From positions 248,001 to 312,000 of IMG/VR virus record IMGVR_UViG_3300021057_000274: 64,000 nucleotides of DNA; one strand, 5' to 3'. Within the stretch, counting starts at the first letter, position 1, and every line of letters begins with the position of its first letter. A program made the position numbers and the translations under genes. The notes below the pieces were generated by a model. That model had not been told where the DNA came from. It did not search any database and saw only the letters and a program-made list of their open reading frames with translations. Positions 19,490 to 28,306 of this stretch are shown piece by piece.

Positions 19490-21023
19490 AGAGTTTACAA
19501 AGAAGCCAAATCAAGAATACGCGTATTCGGCGCACGAGCTAGATGAGCTCAAGAAGTGCATGGCCGATCCGGTCTACTTCATCAGTAACTACTGCTACAT
19601 CCAGAACCAGGAGCTGGGACGAATCCTCTTCAAGCTCCGCCCCTACCAGGTTCGGATCATCAGAGCGTTTCAAAACAATCAACGAAACATCCTTCTGATC
19701 GGACGCCAGTCAGGGAAGACCGAGACGACCGCCGCATACGCGTACTGGTTCGCGATCTTTCACCCCGACAAGAACGTCCTCGTCGCCTCGAACAAGCAAA
19801 AGGGAGCGACCGACATCATGAACCGAATTCGGTACATGTATGAGAGCACACCTGACTTTCTCCGGCCGGGCTGCCCGTTCTACAACCGCGGCTCGATCGA
19901 GTTTGACAACAAGTCAAAGATCTTCTCCGAGGCGACCACCGAGAACACCGGTCGCGGTAAGTCTAACGCGCTGTTCATCTGCGACGAGCTAGCCCACGTC
20001 AAGAAGCGCATCCAGAAGCCGATGTGGGTGTCGATCTACCCGACGATCTCCTCAGGGAAGCTCAAGTGCATCATCATGTCGACGCCGAACGGAGACACGG
20101 ACCTCTTCTCCGAGCTGTGGCGCCAAGCCCTGTCGGAGACGAACGGATTCCACGCGGAATACGTTGACCTCTCAGAGGTGCCCGGACGCGACGAGAAGTG
20201 GCAGAAGGCGCAGATCGCTGACATCGGAGAGCTCGAGTTCAGGCAAGAGTATAAGTGTGAGTTTCTCTCGTCGGATCCCCTCTTGATCAACTCGCTCGTT
20301 CTCAACAGGCTCAAGCCAGAAGCGCCGATGTACGTTGACCGCGGGTTCGCGTTCTGGAAGGAGCCTGACCCACGAAAGACCTACGTGATCGGGGTTGACG
20401 TCGCGGAGGGCGTCGTCCAAGACTTCTCGACGATCGTGGTCTTCGAGCTAGACACTCTCGACCAGGTCGCCGAGTTTCGCAGCAACAAGGTCAAGGAGAA
20501 TCAGCTCTATGACGCGATTTGTTGGCTAGTAGGCAAGCTGCTCTCGATTCGAGATCCCCAGACTCGCCGTCGCGCCCAGATCTTTTGGTCGTTTGAAAAC
20601 AACTCGGCTGGCGCCGCCCTCGGCGCTCTTCACCTTGACAATGACAAGTTTCCAGAGGAGGCTGAGCTGCTCAACAGCCGCAAGGAGCGCTTCGGCATGC
20701 GGACGGTCAACAAGGCCAAGATCGAGGCTTGCCGCTTGCTCAAGAACCTCATCGAAAAGAAGAAGGGACACTTCAACATCAAGTCTGAAAAGCTGATCCA
20801 CGAGCTCAAGAACTACATCTCGACCGGCGCGTCGTATCAAGCCAAGCACGGGTCGACCGATGACTTGATCGCCGCGATCTTGATCGTCTGCCGAGTCATC
20901 CAGCAGATGTCGACCTTCGAGCCTGAGGTCTTTGATAAGCTCTATCGTGACCAGGGAGAGCAATTCGACGAGGTCGAGGGTAGCAGCGGATACCTCGAAC
21001 CTATGCCGTTCATGGTGGTATAA
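19479..21023 (+). CDS. gp17: Terminase large subunit gp17
   Basis: LRPYQ, Walker A GRQSGKT, Walker B FICDELAH, GVDVAEG RNase H domain, TDDLIAA. Confidence 0.95.
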   Translation: MSSKEFTKKPNQEYAYSAHELDELKKCMADPVYFISNYCYIQNQELGRILFKLRPYQVRIIRAFQNNQRNILLIGRQSGKTETTAAYAYWFAIFHPDKNVLVASNKQKGATDIMNRIRYMYESTPDFLRPGCPFYNRGSIEFDNKSKIFSEATTENTGRGKSNALFICDELAHVKKRIQKPMWVSIYPTISSGKLKCIIMSTPNGDTDLFSELWRQALSETNGFHAEYVDLSEVPGRDEKWQKAQIADIGELEFRQEYKCEFLSSDPLLINSLVLNRLKPEAPMYVDRGFAFWKEPDPRKTYVIGVDVAEGVVQDFSTIVVFELDTLDQVAEFRSNKVKENQLYDAICWLVGKLLSIRDPQTRRRAQIFWSFENNSAGAALGALHLDNDKFPEEAELLNSRKERFGMRTVNKAKIEACRLLKNLIEKKKGHFNIKSEKLIHELKNYISTGASYQAKHGSTDDLIAAILIVCRVIQQMSTFEPEVFDKLYRDQGEQFDEVEGSSGYLEPMPFMVV

Positions 21024-21035
21024 ATATTTGCTCTT

Positions 21036-21356
21036 ATGGCGACCGGCACTGTAGAAGTAAATTTTGGAGCTTTTCCAGGAGACTATGAGAAAACCGTGGA
21101 CGTCACTGGAGTAGCAGGATTCACCAGCACGTCTCTGCTCGAGGTGTGGGTGATGCCCATAGCCACGGCGACGCACACGGTCGACGAACACTTGATGGAG
21201 AGAATTCGAGTCCAAGCGTACTATCTCTCCGCAGGGTCGTTTCGAGTGGTAGCTCAGGATAACTCTGGGGTGATCTCGAAGCATCCGAACGATTCCCTGC
21301 AACCCCGCAAGCGGCGCTTGTATGGGTCTTATACGATAGGGTGGGCAACGACATGA
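21036..21356 (+). CDS. Late beta-rich protein, probable virion component
   Basis: TAAATA at 21021-21026; beta-strand-rich sequence. Confidence 0.5.
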   Translation: MATGTVEVNFGAFPGDYEKTVDVTGVAGFTSTSLLEVWVMPIATATHTVDEHLMERIRVQAYYLSAGSFRVVAQDNSGVISKHPNDSLQPRKRRLYGSYTIGWATT

Positions 21357-21970
21357 GCGCGCAGATCGCGGGAGATACCGGAGTACTGGTCGAGGTCGAT
21401 GAGGCGAAGAACTTGCAGGTGTTCCAGACTCATCCAGGCTATCCCTCCGCGGGGGGTTGGTACAGTGTTGCTGGCCGAAGCGGAACCGCGGCGATCGCCG
21501 CCGCGCTCGCCACCGACACCTCTCTCATGTCGGCTCGTCTATCCGTCTCCTCCACCCGCCGAGCGTATATCATGAGGATGCGAGTCAACATGGGAACGCT
21601 CACCGCAGGCGCAGCCGGTGGAGTTCCATCCATCTTAGGCTTGCAGAGATTCAACGGCGCTACCCCGTCCGGCGGCGTCCAGCGCACCGCGGCCCGTTTC
21701 GCTCTAAGCAAGGGCTCGGCATCGGACATCACCGACATCAGAGACAACAATGCGGCGCTGACGATGACGAGCGTAGCGTTTCTGGATGAGATCGCTTGGA
21801 CGTTGACTCCGACCAACGGCGCAGGTGTTTCAAACTATGACTGGATCATGGAACCGGATGCTCCGATCGAGCTAGCCCCGGGCGAAGGCCTCTGTCTTCG
21901 CACGAGGCAGGTCGGTCCAGCGACAGCGACGTGGTTTTTCACCTACTCAATGTATTGGTACGAAAGGTAA
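21353..21970 (+). CDS. Probable virion structural protein
   Basis: Gly/Ala/Thr-rich, late operon, ATGA overlap. Confidence 0.5.
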   Translation: MSAQIAGDTGVLVEVDEAKNLQVFQTHPGYPSAGGWYSVAGRSGTAAIAAALATDTSLMSARLSVSSTRRAYIMRMRVNMGTLTAGAAGGVPSILGLQRFNGATPSGGVQRTAARFALSKGSASDITDIRDNNAALTMTSVAFLDEIAWTLTPTNGAGVSNYDWIMEPDAPIELAPGEGLCLRTRQVGPATATWFFTYSMYWYER

Positions 21971-21972
21971 AA

Positions 21973-22329
21973 ATGTCCCACAAGGAATACATCTCAGGAT
22001 CGGCTTTCACGACAGACGAGCTTCCGATGGATTGCATCCGTTGGATTCCGCCAGCAGGCGGGACGTATCACGTCACGATCGCAGTGGTCGGACGTCGCAT
22101 CGATGGGCCTGGCGACATCGCTTTTACTCAGTTGGCGCTGTACACCAGCCGTGACGGAGTTCTCTCGCAAGTCGGAAAAGCGCCAGAGTCGAAGGTAACT
22201 TCTCACAACCAATATGCCGTGGACGTGACGATCAACAACCCTGAGATCGTGGTCTCCGTCTCTGGGTTAGCAGGTCACACCATCCAGTGGCAGGGCGAGA
22301 TCAACGGGTTCCAGCTCGGGCCGTTTTAA
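21973..22329 (+). CDS. Probable virion structural protein
   Basis: Beta-rich ORF in late operon. Confidence 0.45.
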   Translation: MSHKEYISGSAFTTDELPMDCIRWIPPAGGTYHVTIAVVGRRIDGPGDIAFTQLALYTSRDGVLSQVGKAPESKVTSHNQYAVDVTINNPEIVVSVSGLAGHTIQWQGEINGFQLGPF

Positions 22330-22348
22330 GATCATTGTAAATAACCTC

Positions 22349-22648
22349 ATGTCAGATCTTCTCTTTCTTCTCGCAATCTGCGTCGTTGTCGGATTCTCTC
22401 TCTATTTTTTCTCGAGACGCGAGGACGAGCAAGATGAGGAGGTAATGAAGAAGACCGACGCGTTTAGGAGTCCTGATCCTGCCAAGGATGAGGTAGCTCC
22501 GAGCGTCGTCAAGGAAGAGGTCTGGCCCTTCCCGACGGTTCGCCCAGAAGATCTAGGCGCAATCATCGGGGATCCAGACGTCCCAGCCCCTAAGAAGAAG
22601 CGCGTCACACGCAAGCGTAAGCCTGTAGCAAAGAAGCCACCTAAGTAA
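22349..22648 (+). CDS. Single-pass membrane protein, late and leaderless
   Basis: N-terminal hydrophobic helix; TAAATA at 22338-22343, 5 nt before ATG. Confidence 0.55.
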   Translation: MSDLLFLLAICVVVGFSLYFFSRREDEQDEEVMKKTDAFRSPDPAKDEVAPSVVKEEVWPFPTVRPEDLGAIIGDPDVPAPKKKRVTRKRKPVAKKPPK

Positions 22649-22694
22649 CTCCAAGCTACTTGATCTAAGTTCTCAACCATGAGGAGATCGAGTA

Positions 22695-22931
22695 GTGTCC
22701 TACGTCATCGAAAGTTCTTGGAAGTGCATGCACTGTGGTCAAGTGACAGAGTTCAAGTATGCTGGTGCCAACCCCGAGTTTTGTAGCAACGTTTGCAAGT
22801 TTAGGTGGCGCGACGAGCGCTGGCAGATCGAGAAGTTAATCGCAGACCTCTCAAGAAAATTTCCCGGTACTAAATTGGCGGATAAGATGCTTTCGCTATG
22901 GGATTCACGACGCAAGAGCGAGAAGCGGTAG
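22695..22931 (+). CDS. Small zinc-finger protein
   Basis: CMHCG...FCSNVC. Confidence 0.5.
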   Translation: MSYVIESSWKCMHCGQVTEFKYAGANPEFCSNVCKFRWRDERWQIEKLIADLSRKFPGTKLADKMLSLWDSRRKSEKR

Positions 22932-23371
22932 TCGCGAGATATCAGCGCAGGATCGAGCTCGGGCGTCTCACGTTTGCACCGATCGGTGTCGGGAATTACT
23001 GCACCGGCACGATCGTGCTAGTGGGAGAGCAAGCTTCAAACCCGACGGAGAAGACCGCCAACCAGCAGCCCTTTTGCTCCGATAAGGGCTGCTCTGGCTG
23101 GTTGAACTTGCTTCTCGAGCAAGAGCAGATTCCAGAGGAGAAGCTCTTCTGGCTTAACGCCAAGAACAACGACGGCACGCTGATTGATCCCAAGGTGATC
23201 GAGAACATCGCACCGAAGGTGGTGATCACCCTGGGAAAGACAGCGTGCGACCTCCTCTCGAGGTCTAACATCTCTTACCTCCACCACTATCATCCGCAGT
23301 ATTGGAAGCGCTTTCGGAACAAGCAGCGTTACCCGCTCTTGGACACTCTCGACGCCTTCGTCAGATACTGA
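22898..23371 (+). CDS. Uracil-DNA glycosylase superfamily protein
   Basis: IVLVGEQAS, F...GCSGWL, WLNA, VVITLGKTA, HHYHPQYWKRF. Confidence 0.6.
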   Translation: MGFTTQEREAVVARYQRRIELGRLTFAPIGVGNYCTGTIVLVGEQASNPTEKTANQQPFCSDKGCSGWLNLLLEQEQIPEEKLFWLNAKNNDGTLIDPKVIENIAPKVVITLGKTACDLLSRSNISYLHHYHPQYWKRFRNKQRYPLLDTLDAFVRY

Positions 23372-23415
23372 GAAAATATCATTAAGCAAGTCAGCGGTTT
23401 AGTATGGCTCATGAA

Positions 23416-23421
23416 TAAATA
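23416..23421 (+). promoter_or_regulatory. TAAATA promoter upstream of gp32
   Basis: Motif in AT-rich intergenic region. Confidence 0.45.
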
Positions 23422-23496
23422 CTTCGTGAACGCATCGAGCGATGCCCACACATTCATAACTGTGTAAGACCGCAATAATCGTAATAAGGGAAAGTC

Positions 23497-24408
23497 ATGG
23501 CTCTTGACCTCGCGCAGCTGAAAGCTGCATTCGCAAAGAAGTCCGAAACTTCCGGTGGTGAAAACACCGGCTTCTGGGATAAGTTCTATCCCTTCTACAA
23601 GATGGGCTTCGACGAGACGGTCGTCTTCCGCTTCCTTCCGGATCTGGATGACGAGAACCCGCTGGCGTTCATCGTCGAAAACATGTATCACAAGTTCAAG
23701 GTGAACGGTCAGGACAAGCGAGTTGCTTGCCTGAAGATGTACGGTGAGAAGTGCCCGGCCTGCGACCTGTCCAAGCAATTCTACGACCAGGGCAACAACG
23801 ACATGGGCCTGATGTTCTGGAGGAAGATCGATTACATCGCCCAGGGCCTGGTGCTGTCGTCTCCGTTCGAGTACCCGATCGCTCCGACCGAAAATCCGGT
23901 TCGCATGGTCTCGCTCATGAAGAAGATCTACAAGAAGATCGAGACCGAGATCGTCAAGGGCGACATGGACCAGATTCCGTGGGACCTGGTCAACGGATAC
24001 AACTTCAACATCAACAAGACCAAGCAAGGCGAATACGCCGACTACTCTGGCTCCGCCTTCGCCCGTCGGTCGTCAGCGATTCCCGAGGACCTGATCGCGC
24101 GCATGGAGCTTCACGACCTCAAGAAGTTCCGCTACGCCAAGGTCGAGCGCGAGCAGATCGAGGCGATGATCGAGGCCGCTCTCACCGGAAAGTCCTACGA
24201 GGCTGAGAAGGGCGCAGCGTCGCCGGCCGTCCAGGCGGCGATCAACGCGCCGAAGGCTGCTCAACCGGCTGAGGCCGTCGTGCAAGCGATGACCCAGGCA
24301 ACTCCGGCGGCGGCACCGACCGCAGCTGAGGCAGGCGGACAGAAGCTCTCCGCCTCCGAGATCCTGAAGAAGCTGAAAGAACGTTCGGCTGCTCAGCAGA
24401 GCAAGTAA
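23497..24408 (+). CDS. gp32: Single-stranded DNA-binding protein gp32
   Basis: VFRFLP, ACLKMYGEKCPAC, GYNFNINKTKQGEYADY, Ala-rich tail ending EILKKLK. Confidence 0.9.
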   Translation: MALDLAQLKAAFAKKSETSGGENTGFWDKFYPFYKMGFDETVVFRFLPDLDDENPLAFIVENMYHKFKVNGQDKRVACLKMYGEKCPACDLSKQFYDQGNNDMGLMFWRKIDYIAQGLVLSSPFEYPIAPTENPVRMVSLMKKIYKKIETEIVKGDMDQIPWDLVNGYNFNINKTKQGEYADYSGSAFARRSSAIPEDLIARMELHDLKKFRYAKVEREQIEAMIEAALTGKSYEAEKGAASPAVQAAINAPKAAQPAEAVVQAMTQATPAAAPTAAEAGGQKLSASEILKKLKERSAAQQSK

Positions 24409-24417
24409 CGAACGCGC

Positions 24418-24447
24418 GAGGCTACCTGTCTCACGACAGGTAGCCTC
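24418..24447 (+). other. Perfect 13-bp hairpin between gp32 and uvsX
   Basis: GAGGCTACCTGTC-TCAC-GACAGGTAGCCTC; no U tract. Confidence 0.7.
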
Positions 24448-24468
24448 TCATCTCTCTAAGGATTCACG

Positions 24469-25557
24469 ATGTCGAAGGTAGTTCTTCCCTTTCTCAAGAA
24501 GTTTAAGAAGCAGATCTCTGACCTCGAGAACGTCTCGCTCGAGTTTCGCCCACCCGCGTATTGGTACTCGACCGGAAACTACGCGGTCAACCGCATCCTC
24601 AGCGGTGACTACTTCAGAGGCATCCCGCAGGGGCGTGCGACGATCCTCGCCGGACCGTCAGATTCGGGCAAGTCCTTCCTCCTGAGCAACATCTATCGCG
24701 AGGCTCAAAAGGCCGGCGCGTTCATCCTCTCGATCGACTCAGAGGGTGCGCTTGACCCGACGTACCTCGGTAAGCTCGGCATCGACGTCAGCGAGGACAG
24801 GTTCCTCCCCGTCCAGGTCGTCACCGTCTCGGACGTCATCAAGGTCATCTCCGACTTCATCAAGCAGTACCAGGACACCTACGGCAAGTGGAACTTCAAC
24901 GCGCCTCAAGTCGTCATCGGCGTCGACTCACTCGACATGCTCCTCACGGACACCGAGGACGAGAACGTCAACAAGGGCGTGCAGAAGGGCGACCAGGGCC
25001 AACGGGCCAAGCAGCTCAAGGCGTTTCTCCGCGGCAACGTCGTCTCGCGGATCAAAGCGTTGCCGATGTCCTTCATCGGCACGCACCAGGTCTATCCGGC
25101 TGACGTGCTGGAGGGTGAGGGCAAGTGGAAGATCAACGGAGCGATCCGCTACTCCGCGTCACAGATCGCCCTCACCACCAAGCTCAAGCTGAAGGCTGAG
25201 GACCAGGTCACCGGCATCAGGATGTACGTCGAGACCTTCAAGTCGCGCTTCGCGAAGCTCGGATCGAAGGTTGAGGTGCTGGTCCCGTACGACAAGGGCA
25301 TGGCTCCGATGTCCGGGCTGACCGAGCTGCTCAAGCTTGACGGCGTCATCACCGAGCCGTCCAAGGGCTGGATGGCGGCTGAGTTTCCAGGCGAACCCGT
25401 CATGAAGTTTCAACGTAGCGACGTCGACGAGAAGCTCGCGATGAAGCTCCTCACTCACCCAGCTCTCAAGCGGATGGCTGCTCAGTTCGACGAGCTAGTC
25501 TCGACGCCAGAGCTAGATGTAACCGAAGAAGATGACGTGAAGGTGGTCACCGCATGA
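24469..25557 (+). CDS. uvsX: RecA-like recombinase UvsX
   Basis: YSTGNYAVNRILSG, Walker A GPSDSGKS, IDSEGA, VDSL, KSRFAK. Confidence 0.92.
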   Translation: MSKVVLPFLKKFKKQISDLENVSLEFRPPAYWYSTGNYAVNRILSGDYFRGIPQGRATILAGPSDSGKSFLLSNIYREAQKAGAFILSIDSEGALDPTYLGKLGIDVSEDRFLPVQVVTVSDVIKVISDFIKQYQDTYGKWNFNAPQVVIGVDSLDMLLTDTEDENVNKGVQKGDQGQRAKQLKAFLRGNVVSRIKALPMSFIGTHQVYPADVLEGEGKWKINGAIRYSASQIALTTKLKLKAEDQVTGIRMYVETFKSRFAKLGSKVEVLVPYDKGMAPMSGLTELLKLDGVITEPSKGWMAAEFPGEPVMKFQRSDVDEKLAMKLLTHPALKRMAAQFDELVSTPELDVTEEDDVKVVTA

Positions 25558-25802
25558 AAGCTACCGAATTTTGCTACTGGCTCCAAGGGTTCTTCGAGCT
25601 CTCTTCTGCCGGGCACCAAGTTGGAGGCCTCACTGCTCACCAGGCGGCGATGATCAAGAAGCATCTTGATCTGGTGTTCAAGCACGAGATCGACCCGTCG
25701 TATCCGACTCACCAGCAGGAGGAGCTGAACGCGATCCATGCCCCCAGCGGAGGCAGCGGAGTGATCAACCCAGGGATGTTCGACGGCCTGATTAGGTGCT
25801 GA
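25554..25802 (+). CDS. Phage hypothetical protein
   Basis: MKATEFCYWLQGFFEL N-terminus; coupled ORF. Confidence 0.6.
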   Translation: MKATEFCYWLQGFFELSSAGHQVGGLTAHQAAMIKKHLDLVFKHEIDPSYPTHQQEELNAIHAPSGGSGVINPGMFDGLIRC

Positions 25803-25803
25803 C

Positions 25804-26088
25804 ATGAAGGGAATGCTACGTGACCTAGTGATGATCCTTCCGATCTCGGAGGGAATGGGACAGACCGAGTCTGGAATCACGGTCGTCACCCATGACAAGG
25901 GGCCTAAGAAGGGCGTCGTCGTCGCGGTCGGACCAGGCAAGATGGTCAAGGGAAAGTTCGTCCCGACCACCGTCAAGCCAGGAGATCAGATCGTCTACGT
26001 TCTCAACAACTTGCAAGAGGTCAAGGTCAAGGGCGACGTCCTCCACGTCGTTCCAGAGACCGAGGTCCTCGCGACGCTTGCGCCGTGA
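25804..26088 (+). CDS. groES: Co-chaperonin GroES
   Basis: TESGI...KGVVVAVGPG...VKPGDQIVY...HVVPETEVLA. Confidence 0.85.
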   Translation: MKGMLRDLVMILPISEGMGQTESGITVVTHDKGPKKGVVVAVGPGKMVKGKFVPTTVKPGDQIVYVLNNLQEVKVKGDVLHVVPETEVLATLAP

Positions 26089-26291
26089 AATCGAAACCGC
26101 GGATAAAGCTGACGACGGTGGCACAAGCCGAGAGATCGGTCATCCACGCAGCCAAGCGATTGGTCAACGAGCGCATCGGGTACGAAGACTACGATAACCT
26201 TCTCCCCGGGGGAGTCGTAGGTGCGCTAGAAAAGCTGGAACGCTCCGTGGCTAAACTCGTCCGAATTCGCCGGGCTCAGGGAGCTAAGTGA
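26085..26291 (+). CDS. Hypothetical protein
   Basis: Coupled ORF in operon. Confidence 0.5.
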   Translation: MKSKPRIKLTTVAQAERSVIHAAKRLVNERIGYEDYDNLLPGGVVGALEKLERSVAKLVRIRRAQGAK

Positions 26292-26761
26292 GCCGCCTCA
26301 TCGCCGACGCGAAGCGTGCGATCAAGCAGAACCAGGTGCCTGCCAAGATCGCCGAATATGAGTTGCTGATCGACGAGTCAGAGAAGCTCTTCGAGCTCAA
26401 CGGCAAGAAGCTCGAGGACTCGGTCAAGAATCACGCCAAGGACCTCATGTTCTACGACATGATGCTCCAGGAGTGCAAGACGATCGAGTACATCGTCAAG
26501 CAAGAGATGGAGGCCGTTGAGTCGAACCTCTTCACCAAGCTGACGAGCATCGGTCACGGTCAGCGAGCGATCGGTACCAGGGAGGCACCCCAATACATCA
26601 AGGGAGATCCGGCGTACGTGAACCTCTACCAGATCTTGATCGAGGTGCAGTACACCCGCACGAGGTTAGAGGCTGTCGTCGAGGCTCTCAAGAGCATGGC
26701 GTACTCGCTCAACAACATCGTCAAGATTCGAGTGTCACAGCTCGAACATACCACACTGTGA
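26288..26761 (+). CDS. uvsY: Recombination mediator UvsY
   Basis: Coiled coil; YIKGDP; downstream of uvsX and upstream of uvsW; SMAYSLNNIVKIR. Confidence 0.75.
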   Translation: MSRLIADAKRAIKQNQVPAKIAEYELLIDESEKLFELNGKKLEDSVKNHAKDLMFYDMMLQECKTIEYIVKQEMEAVESNLFTKLTSIGHGQRAIGTREAPQYIKGDPAYVNLYQILIEVQYTRTRLEAVVEALKSMAYSLNNIVKIRVSQLEHTTL

Positions 26762-26768
26762 GAAAAGC

Positions 26769-27266
26769 ATGAAAGATAATCTAGAAGAGATCGGCGTCAA
26801 GCTAGAAACGCTCGAGAGTTTTCGTGAAACGATCAGGAGATTCTTTTCTGAGGCTGAAGTGATTCCGGTTCGCGGACCCTCTTTCGAGGTGCGTGACGGC
26901 AAGTATACGAAAACTCTCACCACTCGAGCGTTCGGGATCCAGGGAAAAGCTCCCTACAACCACACCATTCGCCCGGTCAGCGGCTACTGGATGGAAGATG
27001 ACTCGGAGAGGTCACGCTCGTTGCTCATCGAGCTCTGGTACTCTCACTTCGCTGAGCAATTCAAGAGCGCGAGGCAGATCTTCGTCAATCAGTTGCCGAA
27101 GGCAACGATCATTCCCTACTACACGATCTCGCCAGAGATCTACGAGAAGGTAGAGATGGAGACGTCGGAGAAGCACGTTCTCATCGACCAGCCGATCTTC
27201 TCCTTCAAGGACGTTCACCCCGTGTACATCGGTACGTGCTACGCGTCGCTCCACGTGATCTCATGA
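26769..27266 (+). CDS. Hypothetical protein
   Basis: ORF in operon. Confidence 0.5.
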   Translation: MKDNLEEIGVKLETLESFRETIRRFFSEAEVIPVRGPSFEVRDGKYTKTLTTRAFGIQGKAPYNHTIRPVSGYWMEDDSERSRSLLIELWYSHFAEQFKSARQIFVNQLPKATIIPYYTISPEIYEKVEMETSEKHVLIDQPIFSFKDVHPVYIGTCYASLHVIS

Positions 27267-27424
27267 GCCCAGACGTCATCGAAGAGCTCCTCGAGAGGAT
27301 CATCGATCGCATCGACAACAGCTCACTCCTCGGAGCGGCGTGGGACTGCCACTACGCGGATGAGCAAGAGAAGTTCAAGAACAGGCTGCGGAAAACTCTA
27401 AGGGAGGTACTAAGTGGAAGGTGA
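27263..27424 (+). CDS. Hypothetical protein
   Basis: ATGA overlap with upstream gene. Confidence 0.45.
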   Translation: MSPDVIEELLERIIDRIDNSSLLGAAWDCHYADEQEKFKNRLRKTLREVLSGR

Positions 27425-27701
27425 ACAATTGACTCTACCCGGGATCGAAGTTCAGAGCTTTTGCCCGGTTGGCTTGACGGGTGAGGACAAGGATAAGACC
27501 ATCGAGGAGCTTCAGCGGATGCTCTCGCTACAGTTCGAGGTCATCGACTCGGTGCTCAAGCTCAACGATCAGCTCTTGAAGATGCTTGAGGCAGAGATTC
27601 TCTCACTGGAGAAGAAGCTTGGAGACCAGAGACCCGAAGAGCGAAAGCAACAGCTCTCTCAGCTCCGCGCCCAGCAGCTCGACCGTCCCTTCTTCCGGTA
27701 G
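27414..27701 (+). CDS. Hypothetical coiled-coil protein
   Basis: RBS GGAGG; ORF in operon. Confidence 0.5.
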   Translation: MEGEQLTLPGIEVQSFCPVGLTGEDKDKTIEELQRMLSLQFEVIDSVLKLNDQLLKMLEAEILSLEKKLGDQRPEERKQQLSQLRAQQLDRPFFR

Positions 27702-27951
27702 AGTCGTCAACCTTCGGGTTGACGACTTCGACGTTTACATCGGTCGCGGCACGAAGTGGGGCAACCCCTTCGTCGTCGGCCGAGACGGAAGTCGGTCCAA
27801 GTGCGTCAAGCTCTACGCGGAGTGGCTGGCGACTCAGCATGAGCTGGTCGCCCAGGTTCGAGAGCTCAGGGGAAAGGTGCTCGGCTGCTATTGCAAGCCG
27901 AAGGCGTGTCACGGAGATCTTCTAGTAGAGCTAGCTAATGCTGACGACTGA
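27619..27951 (+). CDS. DUF4326-family protein
   Basis: DVYIGRGTKWGNPF...LRGKVLGCYCKPKACHGDLL; probable TTG start after GGAG. Confidence 0.8.
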   Translation: METRDPKSESNSSLSSAPSSSTVPSSGRVVNLRVDDFDVYIGRGTKWGNPFVVGRDGSRSKCVKLYAEWLATQHELVAQVRELRGKVLGCYCKPKACHGDLLVELANADD

Positions 27952-28306
27952 GAAGCTGATGAAGATGTTCGAGAGCCAACTCTCCAGGGCCATGGCTTTT
28001 CAAGAGAGTCAAATCCCGACGGTCTCAGACTTGACCGCAGAGCAACTCGAGATCTCAAAGAAGGTATACGGTGACGACTTGAGCGACGAGACGCTACGAG
28101 CTCGCTACGAGTCATGGGTCGGGAAAAAGCAACTCTTTTTCATGGCCGAGACATTCGTTGATGGTTTACTCAAGATTCAGGTCTTGGAAGTGCATGACAC
28201 CGATATTCCTAGCATGGCGGACAAGTGGGTAATCTCTCCATACGCTAACGACGACGGAATGGACAAACACGCTATCACGCTACCGCGGCTGAGAGAGCGT
28301 GTCTAA
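27938..28306 (+). CDS. Hypothetical protein
   Basis: ORF in operon. Confidence 0.5.
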   Translation: MLTTEKLMKMFESQLSRAMAFQESQIPTVSDLTAEQLEISKKVYGDDLSDETLRARYESWVGKKQLFFMAETFVDGLLKIQVLEVHDTDIPSMADKWVISPYANDDGMDKHAITLPRLRERV

